Assembly (NCBI GenBank): GCA_048213135.1
Contig: PS015145.1
Location: 31,791 to 88,456, forward strand
Origin: Reclinomonas americana ATCC 50394
Taxonomy: Eukaryota
Reading direction: 5' to 3'
Length of the DNA stretch: 56,666 nucleotides
The notes beneath the pieces were generated by a model, which worked only from the letters and a program-made list of their open reading frames with translations, ran no database searches and was not told the origin of the DNA. Below, in pieces: positions 35,015 through 46,191 of the stretch; position 1 is the first letter of the stretch, and each line of letters starts with the position of its first letter. Both the position numbers and the translations under genes were made by a program.

Positions 35015-38000
35015 TCACTCACTCACTCACTCACTCACTCACTCACTCACTCACTCACTCACTCACTCACTCACTCACTCACTCACTCACTCACTCACTC
35101 ACTCACTCACTCACTCACTCACTCACTCACTCACTCACACTTCCACACACTTTCACACACTTTCACACACTTTCACACTCCCTTCCCTCACTCTCCCCTC
35201 ACAGATGCCTCTCCGCGCGGTGAGTCTCGCCGGCGACCTCTCTCACCTTCGCGCGATCACCTCCACTCGTGGTGTGCGTGTGTGTGACGTTGAGGGCGAC
35301 TCGTCTGCACAACCTCCATCCTCCAAGGCCGTGGATTCGTTTGCGACACAGGAGGTGGTGGAGGCGGAGGTCGCGTCGGATGTGGTGCATGTGATTGATT
35401 TGCGACGTCCGCTCACCGACGATGATATGGCGGCGCTCGACGATGGGCAGGCGATCTCGTTGGTGTTTGCGAGGAAGGTGAAGGTGAGTGCGTTGTGGGG
35501 AAGGGAGTGTGGGAAGGGGGGCTCTCGTTTCTTGCAGGTTTGTAGTGTTTCTCCTTGATTCTTTGTCACTCTTCTTCTTTCCTCACTCTCTCTTGCTGTT
35601 CGTTTGTATCGCTCCAGCACCGATGTGTCGTCTTCATTCTCTGCTGTTCTTGTTTCCACTCGTTTCTCGCCTTGCACTCTCCATCTATTCTTTCCTCCCT
35701 CCTTTGTTTCGCTTCTCTCCCTCTCTTGGTGTTCGTTTGTATCGCTCCAGCACCGATGTATCGTCTTTATTCTCTGCTGCTTATTTCCTCTCGTTTCTCG
35801 CCTTACACTCTCCATCTGTTCTTTCCTTCGTTTTGCCTTCCCTCTCTTGGGGTTCGTTGGTATCGTTCCGATGCCTGCGCTTCGCTCTTCTTCTCGTCTC
35901 TGCATGTTTCCTCTCGTTTCTTGCTTGTCGCTGCGTTCGTTTGCATCACTCCAGCATCTACGTATCTTCTGTGCTTGGTTCCCCTTCTTTCTTTCGCTGC
36001 CTCCTGACGCTTGCGTGGTTGTCTCCTTTCTCTCTCTCTCCCTGTCTGTGTGTGTGTGTTGGCATTCGTTTGTATCGCTCCAGCACCGATGAATCATCGT
36101 GTTACTATTCTCTGCATGTTCTCTCGTTTCTTTCGCTGCCTCCTGACGCTTTCGTGCTTGTCTTCTCTCTTTTCTTTCTTTCTTGTCGCCAGCACCGATA
36201 TATTGTCTTGCTCCTCTTCCGTGGTGGCTTCTCTCGGTTTGCGCTGCATCTTTTGTGTACTATCCTTTCCCTTCTTCTTTCGCTTCTCTCTTTTTTCTCA
36301 CTTGCTGTTCCTGTGTGACATCGATCTTCTTTTTCGCTTCTCTCTCTCACTTTCTCTCTCGTTTCCTCGTGCTTCCTCGCTCTTGGTGTTCGTTGCATCG
36401 TTTCCTTTTGCTCCCTCGCTTCTCCCCCTCTCCCCCTTCTCCCCCCTCTCCCCCCTTCTCCTCTTCTCCCCTTCTTCCCCCTTCTCCATCTCCTGCTCAT
36501 GGATAACACACACAGGACGGACACGAGGCCGAGTTCACACGCTGGGTGCATGACGGCATCCGGCGAGTCATGCGCAAAGTGCCCGGCTACCTCGGCCTTG
36601 ATCTCATCCGGTGTGTTATTGCCCTCTGCCACTCATATTCCTCTTTTTCCCCTCACCCTCTTGCGCTCGATCCACAGGCCGTCGCAAGACTACGCGGAAT
36701 TCGTATCGGTGTCTCGTTGGGCCGATGTGCACGCCGTTGCGTGTTGCACTGCACCCATTGTCTGCTTCCAATCCATCGGCCACTCATCCCTTCACGATTC
36801 CGCAGCTGAAGCAATTTTTGAACTCGCCCGAACGCATCGCGTGGGTAGACGAGGCCGAGGGCCTGATCGAGGGCTCCACCGACATTCACATCATGGGCAC
36901 CGAGGGCTACTTTACGCTGCCAGAGGACTCCTCCGGCAACAAGCTGGAGATCATCCAGACCACTCCCACTCCCGCTGGTCCACCGGTACGCTCTTTACAC
37001 TTTTCCATTCTCCGCGTCGACGTGTGTGTTGATGTGTGCGTGCCGCAGCCGCCACCGCCGTGGAAGACGTCGGTCACCTTCTTTTTCGGCATGTACCCGA
37101 TCCAAGTCGGGCTCGGCTATCTGTTGCGCCCAAAGACCGCCCTGTGGCCGTTGCCGGGTAGTTCACTGCTGCAGCTCTCCATTGCGGTGACGGCACTGGT
37201 GCTTTTCGTCGCCGCCCACCTCACCTGGTTCTTCTGGTGCTTCCTGTACCCGGGGTACCCGCGGCCGCCGTTTGCAAAAATCTCCATCTTTTGTCTCTTT
37301 GGCAAGGCACCGTGGTGTCGACCTCGCAGCGACGCACCGATAGACGGCGCGACGGCAACCGAAGTAGTTTCCGACCGTCCCCCAGCCTCACCATCTGTGG
37401 CACCCACTGCCGCCGCCGCCGCCAATCTACCGCCGCCAGTACCTAGCGATGAAGGGGGCGACTTGGCGACCGACCGCGACGGGGAGGCGCTCGAGAACGA
37501 CACGACACAGCAGAAGATTCCGCGTCGCGCCATCTTTCATCCAGCCGCCGGCCACCCCGGCTCCGAAACGGAGGTGTGTGTGATGTTCTGCTCTCCTCCG
37601 CGCGACGCGCGTGTCGCGGCCTCACCGCTCATCGCCACTGTGCAGGTGGAGATACCCGAGGTGCATCTGGGGCAGCGGCATGCAAGTTTGCCGATGGCAA
37701 AACTGCCGGGAGACAGCAGTGCCAGTGCCGACCTGCAGCACTTTGATCGCATCCTCAACGAGAAGGATCCGCTGACGGTGACCGTGTCACGTACGGTGAT
37801 TCCCGGCAAGGAGGACGAGTATCTGGATTGGCTCCGCCGGGGCATTCGCACCATCTTCCGCCACAATCCCTCCTACCGCGGCATGACCTTGATCCGGTAT
37901 GTTTCTTTACCTCTCTGCGGTGTGCGTGCTCTCCTCCTCATCTCTATGCGTGTCGCAGACCATCTCCACAACGCACCGAATTCATCATCATCTCTCACTG

Positions 38001-38644
38001 GGAGACATACGAAGGGGTCAGTTGCTTTTTTTTTTGGTTCCGTGTCTCCCCAAATCGTGCTCACTGTGGCCGTACCGTGTGTGTGGTAGATGCGCCGCTT
38101 CTTGACCAGTCCAGAGCGCGCTCAGTGGATGTCCGAGAGCCTGCACCTGGCCCAGTCCATGTCGCCGGTGCACGTGACGTCGGGTTTGGAGGGCTTTTTG
38201 GTGTTTGACAACACGGCCGCCATCACCGACGCCGAGTGGGAGGTGGATGAGGAAGCGGGTCTTGCCAAGCAGGGGCCACCGCCCTTGCCACCGGTGCCGC
38301 TGTGGAAGACCTTGCTGATGGTCGTGTCGGTTCTGTGGGGACTCTCACTCGGCTACTCGTACGCTCTGCGGCCGTACGTGCGGACGTGGGCGCCGCCGCT
38401 CACGCAGTTGGTCATCTCCGTCATGGGTATCATTAGCATGTCCATCATTGTCATGCCACACCTCACCTGGCTGTTGTGGTGCTGGTTGTACGGTCGAGCG
38501 CCTCGTCCACCCCTGTACAAGATTTCCATCTTTACCCTGTATGGTGAGTAGGGAGGGAGGGAGGGAGACTGTCACTGCAGTCAGCTTACTCCCCGTGCCT
38601 CTGCAGGCATCTGCTGCCGCGGTCGCGGCAAGAAAGGCCGGTAG
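34625..38644 (+). CDS. Membrane protein with two tandem [ABM-like ferredoxin-fold domain + TM hairpin] modules (COG3224-like)
   Basis: Module 1: ISLVFARKVK|DGHEAEFTRW...PGYLG...FLNSPERIAW...PPPPWKTSVTFFFGMYP. Module 2: LTVTVSRTVIPGKEDEYLDW...PSYRG...FLTSPERAQW...GLEGFL...PLWKTLLMVV. The start exon is uncertain (34625 or 35205). Confidence 0.75.
34927..35140. repeat. Compound microsatellite (CA)n-(CTCA)n in an intron
   Basis: Directly visible: ~80 bp of CA repeat followed by ~130 bp of CTCA repeat. Confidence 0.98.
35596..36200. repeat. Degenerate intronic minisatellite (roughly 80-135 bp spacing)
   Basis: Core gttcgtttgtatcgctccagcaccgatg recurs near 35598, 35731 and 36065, with degenerate copies near 35852, 35935 and 36187. 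Confidence 0.85.
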
Positions 38645-38783
38645 AAGCTGAACTCTACAATTAGTGCTACCACTGCTATTTACCAGCTGGTGTATAATAT
38701 ATTCGGCGTAAATAAAGCGGTACACTTGTGACAGCACTCAAATGTCCGTCTCTGCTTTCGCTCGAGCATCAACAGAGCAAGCA

Positions 38784-41700
38784 TTACCGACCGAGATCCG
38801 ACAAGTCAATTCTGAACTGCTTGGTGGCGGCACCCGCGCTCTTCTGACGGCGGTTCTTAAACACGGAGCCATCTTGCAGTTCGCGTACCATCGAGTCCAT
38901 AATGCCCTTCTCTGGTGCTGCTGGTGCCGCCGCCGATGCCGCCGCAGTGGACGAGCTGCCAGCTGCTGGCGACACGGGCGAGGCGGCCACACGCGAGGCC
39001 ACGCCACCACCGCCGCCAATGGCCACTGCGCAGCAAGTGACACAAGCAAAAAATGAGACCAAGATATGTGCATGGATCACCAAGACGAGTAACGAACCGA
39101 CAGACGCCGCTGCCGCCGCTGACTGAGCCATGGACTGGCGCTGTGCGGCCTCGCGCCTGGCAGCCTGCTCCTCTGCCTTCTTCCGACGCTCCTCCACCTT
39201 GCGCAGCTCGGTGCTGGAGACTTCAAAGTCCCTGAGGAAAGACTCCATGTTCTTGAAGAAGCTCTCCGGATCAAACTTCTTTGGCTCCTCGCCAAAGAAC
39301 ACGGCCAACTTCTCCAGGTCGTCCTGCAACGTCGTAAAGTCGCTGCTGACAGACTCCCACTCGCGATGATGCTCGTCGAGGAACGCCTGGTGGGGGGAGG
39401 GGAGGGGAGAACAGTAAGATAGCCGACGACAGTGACTTGTGAGTGCGCGAGACGAACCTGCATGACTCCCTGGAACCTGTCGCCAGCGCCGGCGGCCTGC
39501 TGAATCTGGTCCTGGATCAACTTCATCGACTTGCTGACGGCGGCAATGTCATCGCGCAGCGCGGGCATGTTCACTGCGGTGCAAGGGTGAGACCGGAGAG
39601 AAGGAGGTGGTAAAGGGAAGGGAAGGGAGGTGAAGAGAGACGATGGAGAAGGATGACAGGCACGAGCGACAAAGAAGAGGGCTGAAACGAAGAGAGTGAT
39701 GCGGAAGGGAAGACGGAGGGAAGGAGGGCGAGAGGGAAGAGTGGAGAGAAACAGGGAGGAAAAGAGAAAGGCAACAGTGACAGTAACAAGTAGGAAGAGA
39801 GGAGAGAAGGTAGTAAGGAGAGAAACAGGGAGGAACACAGTGACAGTAGCGAGAAAGAAGAAAGGAGAAAGGAGGTGAGGATAGCAGCAGCAAGTTGTTC
39901 GGGAGAAGGAAGAGAGACAGATGAAAGCAGAAGATAGCGAGAGACATGGAGAGGACGCAAAGATGGATGCGTCGCACTGCGAGTTTGAGAAGTTGCGCGA
40001 AAGAGAGAGAGAGAGATAGAAAGGCATCTGCGCTTATCCCTCGATCTGTACCTCGGCTGGCGTCGGGGATGTGCGCCAGATCGGCACGCAGATCCATCAG
40101 ATCGGGATACTTGGTCTGGCACAGACGCACAATGTACATCAGCAGCGTCATGCCCTCGGCTCCGCGCGTCTCCTTCAGCTTGCCGAGCGACTCGAGTCGG
40201 AAACCGTACGCATTGCCACGGAATCCGCCGCCGTTCATGTAGTTGCCAATAGCCAACACGATCTCCAGCAGACGCGTCAGCTTGGTGCTCTTGCGCAACT
40301 CTTGCGCGGCAAAGGTGACATTGCTCAATTGCTGTGTGCACGAGCACGGATGAGAACCGAGAACAGAAGTACACGAATTAAGAACACACACGTACCGGCA
40401 CAATGTCGTCCACCAGTGCGCGGTACTTGTATGAGAACAGCCAGCACTTCATGCGCGCCTCGAGACGCGGCACCGTACCGATCTGATGGCAAGGCACACA
40501 CATCAGCACTCAACATGCACCTCATTTTCGTCCTCTCGCACACACAAACAAACGAGACGCAACGACGCGAACAAACTGCTCCGCACGACCGAGCTCGCCC
40601 TGACCATCCCAGCTGCCGACCAACTCGACCTGTCACCGCCACATCACGATGAGTGAGCATGAGCAGATGTACGGCAGAAGCGGTGCGACACACAAACCTC
40701 TTCGGCTGTTGGCGCAATGTTGATCAGCGCTTGCACGTGACGCTCTGTCAGCACATCGCGGTTCATCTGGATGATGGCCTGCCGGAGATCCTCCAGCGGA
40801 ATCTTGGCAAACGTGGAACCGAGCACAATGCCTGCACGACAAATCGACACAGTGCGTAAGCACAAGCACACTCACGCCACTAAACAGGGACGTCGCTCTC
40901 AACTCATGTTCTGGTTGCGCTTGCCCTCCAGCAGCGACACAATCGCCGGGCGACTCGACGACGCCGACGAAGCGGCTGCCGAGGCGGCTGGTGCCGATTC
41001 CACAGCTGAGAACATGGACTCGAGCGAGTCTGTGTCGAGGTCGACCGACGACAGGTTCTCCACAATCTTGCTCTCCGTCCAAATCGAGCCTGCGACCTTG
41101 ATCGGCTGCACCTTGTCCCACTGCACGCCCTTCAGTTTGGTCTTCGGAGCGTACTTGGGGAGTGGTGGTAGTGGCGGACCGGCTGTTAAAGAAAGCAGAG
41201 GAATGAGAAAGAACGTATGATGCAGTTTCGAGACAATTCTCGACCACATGTCCCACCTGGCATGAAGCCCGGCGCAGGCGGCGCACCCGGAGCTGGCGGA
41301 GCACCGGGTGGTGGTGGTGGAGCTCCAGGCGGCGGCGGCGGTCCACCAGGCGGCNNNNNNNNNNNNNNNNNNNNNNNNNNNNNNNNNNNNNNNNNNNNNN
41401 NNNNNNNNNNNNNNNNNNNNNNNNNNNNNNNNNNNNNNNNNNNNNNNNNNNNNNNNNNNNNNNNNNNNNNNNNNNNNNNNNNNNNNNNNNNNNNNNNNNN
41501 NNNNNNNNNNNNNNNNNNNNNNNNNNNNNNNNNNNNNNNNNNNNNNNNNNNNNNNNNNNNNNNNNNNNNNNNNNNNNNNNNNNNNNNNNNNNNNNNNNNN
41601 NNNNNNNNNNNNNNNNNNNNNNNNNNNNNNNNNNNNNNNNNNNNNNNNNNNNNNNNNNNNNNNNNNNNNNNNNNNNNNNNNNNNNNNNNNNNNNNNNNNN

Positions 41701-44700
41701 NNNNNNNNNNNNNNNNNNNNNNNNNNNNNNNNNNNNNNNNNNNNNNNNNNNNNNNNNNNNNNNNNNNNNNNNNNNNNNNNNNNNNNNNNNNNNNNNNNNN
41801 NNNNNNNNNNNNNNNNNNNNNNNNNNNNNNNNNNNNNNNNNNNNNNNNNNNNNNNNNNNNNNNNNNNNNNNNNNNNNNNNNNNNNNNNNNNNNNNNNNNN
41901 NNNNNNNNNNNNNNNNNNNNNNNNNNNNNNNNNNNNNNNNNNNNNNNNNNNNNNNNNNNNNNNNNNNNNNNNNNNNNNNNNNNNNNNNNNNNNNNNNNNN
42001 NNNNNNNNNNNNNNNNNNNNNNNNNNNNNNNNNNNNNNNNNNNNNNNNNNNNNNNNNNNNNNNNNNNNNNNNNNNNNNNNNNNNNNNNNNNNNNNNNNNN
42101 NNNNNNNNNNNNNNNNNNNNNNNNNNNNNNNNNNNNNNNNNNNNNNNNNNNNNNNNNNNNNNNNNNNNNNNNNNNNNNNNNNNNNNNNNNNNNNNNNNNN
42201 NNNNNNNNNNNNNNNNNNNNNNNNNNNNNNNNNNNNNNNNNNNNNTCCAGCACGCGGAGCGCCTCCAGGTGGTGGAGGTGGCGGTGGCGGCGGTGGTGGC
42301 GGCGGTGGCACGCCTCCAGCACTCGGAGCGCGTGCGGCACCTCCAGGTGGTGGTGGTGGCGGCGGTGGAGGCGGAGGAGGCGGCGGTGGCACTCCCTGCG
42401 CGTTGACATGACCCGACGCTGATGGTGGTGGTGGTGGTGGAGGTGGCGGCGGTGGGGGTGGTGGAATCGACTGATCCGAACCTCCCGGTGGTGGAGGCGG
42501 TGGTGGAGGTGGTGGCGGTGGTGGTGGTGGAATCGAATCGTCCGAACCTCCAGGTGGTGGTGGTGGTGGTGGTGGTGGCGGCGGTGGTGGCGGAGGTGGT
42601 GGAGGAGGCGGCGGCGGCGGTATGTCGTCTCCATCAACGCCAATGGGTGGTGGCGGCGGAGGTGGTGGAGGTGGAGGCGGGATGACCGAGCCCGATGCCA
42701 TGGCAACTGCTGCGGCAGTAGCCGGCGTGCCGGACATGGGGGGCGGTGGCGGCGGAATAGCGGCACCCGACGGCGACGGCGGCACGACTGTTGAATGAAT
42801 CATGAACAACAAATCGTCGTACAACCAGACAATCAATGCAAGACTCACGTGAGTGCAAGAAAGATGGCGCCGTGCGGCGACCCTCTTCAATTCCGGCTTC
42901 GTAGGCCAGCCTCGTCACCAGCGTAATGGCATCGCGCGCCAATTGTCCAAGCTGCGAGGATACTCAGTCATGCGATCTTTCGAGGGGAGGGAAGGCGAAC
43001 GAAACTTGGCTCTTGACTTGCAAACGCTGCAGCATTTCGCAAGTCTCACTGAATTCGTGCTTGAACTTGTCCATCGTCAGCTGCTGCAAGCGCTCCATAA
43101 CTATGCGCTCCTGCGCGTTGACAATGTCCAGCTCCTGCACCTTCTTCCGCTCGTCATTCAACGCCTGCTCCAGCTCCTCAATGCGCACAGTGCGATCGTC
43201 CATGTCGTCGACGTCGTCACCATCGCCGCTGCTCAGCGTCTTGCCGATGAAGCGGCCAATCACTTTCAGGCGGCCCATGCGCTCCTCTTCCCGACTGGTA
43301 AGGAAAAGGAGGAGAAGAAATGTGAGATGGGGGGTGAAGAGGATGGAATGGGAAGGGAGAAAAGATGATGGAAGAAAGAAGATGAGAGAGACACACGCAC
43401 ACACCCACAGAGAGAGAGTGGAAAGAGAGGAGATCGGCAAGAAATAGAGAGAGCGTGTGTGCGAGAGAGACAGACAGACACGTAGAGAGAGAGAGGGAAA
43501 AAGGATATCGGCAAGAAAAAAACGATACAAGAGAATATAAAAGAGAGAGAAAGAGAGAATTGAGAGAGTGACACACACACACACAAAGAGAGGAGATCGG
43601 AAAGAATGAAGACGAAAGTGAGAGAGAGAGAGAGAGAGAAGAAAGAGAGAGAGGGAGGAGAGACACACACAAATACAAAGAGAGACCGGGAAAAACGATG
43701 AAGGAACGAGAGAGAGAAGAACGCACCAGAGAGAGACACACACATACATACACTCTCCTCGAAAGGGAGAGACTAGCTGTCCTCATTTCATCCACGCAAC
43801 TCATAATCCGTCTGCGACAACTGGTAGATGCCCTGCAGAATGTCCAAGAACACACCGCGTGCCTCGCGCGACTGCTCGAAACGGCGAGCAATCACTTCAC
43901 TGATTTGCACCGGGTCCTCCACATCAACCTCGTCCTCGTCCTCCTCCTCCATCAGCTCGTCTTCCAGCGCGTCCAAGTGACTCTCGAAGGCCTGGCCAGC
44001 ATCCTCAATGGCACGCAGACTCTGCACGACAGCAACAACGGATCAGTCTTGCGGGGAGATGCAAACGACTGCATAGAAAGCACGCAACCCCAATAATGTC
44101 CATAATGTCGAGCTTCTCAAACTCCTTCTTCAGCTTGCCACGCATGTTGCCGCTGACGTTGATGAACACGTTGATGAATGTCATGCAGGCGATCTTGAAC
44201 TCGGCGTCGTCCACACTCTTGAGCGCGTTCAGCAGCGTCTGGAAGCGGAACTTTTCGCGCTTCACCAGCGCAAAATGATCGATGGCGTCCAGGGCCAGCC
44301 AGAAGATGCCCTGCCCCTCGTCCTTCTTGCGCCTATGCAAAAGTGGTAAATTGAGCGAACGTATGCCATCCAGCAAGAGAACGACAAGAGAGCGGAGACA
44401 CACCAGATGACGACAAAGAGCAGGCGGAGCACTTGCGTCTTGACGCGGACGTTGGGGTAGTCGAACACGAGGAAGAGCTTTTGCAGACTCTTCGAGTAGG
44501 CCAGGAACTTTTCGAGGCCCGACTGCGTGTCGACAATTTGCTGAATGCAGGAGACGGCGCCGAGAAGCACTCCGCGGTCCTCCTCACTGTGCGGCGCCGT
44601 TGGTGAGACGTGCCAATAAGGAGACAGAAAAGGCAACACAAGAACGCAACATGGGCTTCATCTCCTCGTCGCCCATGACGTGGAACAGTTCCTCGAGACC

Positions 44701-45560
44701 TGCGGGCGAGTGAGTCAATGCTGAGGAAGGGAGGCAAACTGATAGAGGAAAACACACACCTCCGGCATCCAGGAACTGGTTGACCCAGGAGAGCGGACGA
44801 CTGCGAAGCTCCTGATGCAGAGGGAAGTGAGGCATGAACATGGNNNNNNNNNNNNNNNNNNNNNNNNNNNNNNNNNNNNNNNNNNNNNNNNNNNNNNNNN
44901 NNNNNNNNNNNNNNNNNNNNNNNNNNNNNNNNNNNAGGACCAGGCGGTGTCAGACAATAGGAGAAGGGTAGCGAAGGGAAGGAGATGAATTCTTCACAAC
45001 AATGCTTCTGTGAGCATGTGAGCGGCAGGAACAGACAGTGGCGGACGAGTGTCAGATGAGCGTCAGCTCACTGTATGCGAGGAGATCGGAGCAGAGAAGC
45101 AATGGAGGAAGAGAAGTTCTTCACAGCATGCGTTCTATGAGCATGTGAGTGGCAGGAACAGACAGGGAGAGACAGGGATGGAGTGGCGGACGATTGTCAG
45201 ATGAGTGTCAGCTCTCTGTGCGTGTGTGTGAGAGAGAAAGAGAGAGAGAGGGAGAGAGAGAGCATAGGAGGAGGAGGAGGAGGAGGAGTTCATCACAGCA
45301 CTGCCTTCTATGAGCATGTGAGTGTCGGGTGCAGACAAGAGACGGAGTGGCGGACGAGTGTCAGACGGGCCCTCGTTTCCATCCACCCTCTACATATCAC
45401 TCCTCTCTGTGCACAAGTGCGTATGTGTGTGGGAGGACGAGAGAGAGGAAGAGAGGAAAGCAAAAATCGGAAAAAGGCAGTTGATGCATGATGAGATCCT
45501 TCCTGTCAGAGTCTCTCTTCCCCTTTGCTCCCTCCTCTCTCACTTTCTCTCTCTCTCTCT

Positions 45561-45602
<42 letters not shown>

Positions 45603-45986
45603 CTCAGTCATCCCTCTCGAATTTTCTCTCGCACATTGACGCAACTCAGACATGGGCAATTGACGCATTCTTTCACGCGCTTCCTCCTTCACAACGCCCA
45701 TATCATCCTACAAACAAGAACAAACAAACAAACACACACACAAACCACACACAAAAACTATAAAAATCCTCACTCCAACACACGCGCGTGCACACAGCAA
45801 TGCACACTCACCATAAACTGAAGAGAGATAGTGTGTGTGTGTGTGTGTCAGTGTCAGTGTCAGTGAGAGTGAGACTGAGAGTGAGCCATGTCAGACAGGC
45901 CTGCACACCTTCTCAAACGATTCGTTGATGTTTCCGGCACCGCCTCCGCCACCAGTGGGCGTGCCTGGTGTTCCCGGCGTTGCCAT
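38784..45986 (-). CDS. Diaphanous-related formin (GBD/FH3-FH1-FH2-DAD)
   Basis: ELRSRPLSWVNQFLDAGG, FKIACMTFINVFIN (FH3), a polyproline FH1 spanning gap 41355-42245, LKGVQWDKV, LEIVLAIGNYMNGG..GNAYGFRLESLGKL (FH2), FFGEEPKK, and DAD GIMDSMVRELQDGSVFKNRR. The 5' exon is tentative. Confidence 0.93.
44990..45366. repeat. Three degenerate direct repeats in a formin intron
   Basis: ttc(t/a)tcaca...ttct(a/g)tgagcatgtgag...gtggcggacga(g/t)tgtcaga recurs at about 44990, 45117 and 45289. Confidence 0.8.
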
Positions 45987-46191
45987 GTTGCCGCTGCTTG
46001 CTGTGTGTGTTGAGAGTGGCGTGGACAATGTGGGTGTCCTGTGCGTGTCATGCGGCTCGAAGTCTCCATTTCCAAGTACAGCGAAGATCAACACCAAGTC
46101 AACGGAACGACGCACCCCGGCGCCAATGAATTCACTAGCGATTTGCGCTGTTTTTGAAGGGCCATTGCTTTGTTGATTCACGATTGTTTGC

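Noticed and set aside
34581-35558. THTHTH/LTHS-repeat ORF
   Set aside because: Translation of an intronic CA/CTCA microsatellite; only the part after 35205 is exon.
35596-36200. CRISPR-like appearance of the recurring 28-bp core gttcgtttgtatcgctccagcaccgatg
   Set aside because: Intervening sequences are related to each other and uneven in length, the array lies in a spliceosomal intron, and there are no cas genes. It is a minisatellite.
39077-40027. Hydrophobic Leu/Ser/Phe-rich ORFs (also 35488-36553, 42964-43891) resembling membrane proteins
   Set aside because: Translations of pyrimidine-rich intron sequence.
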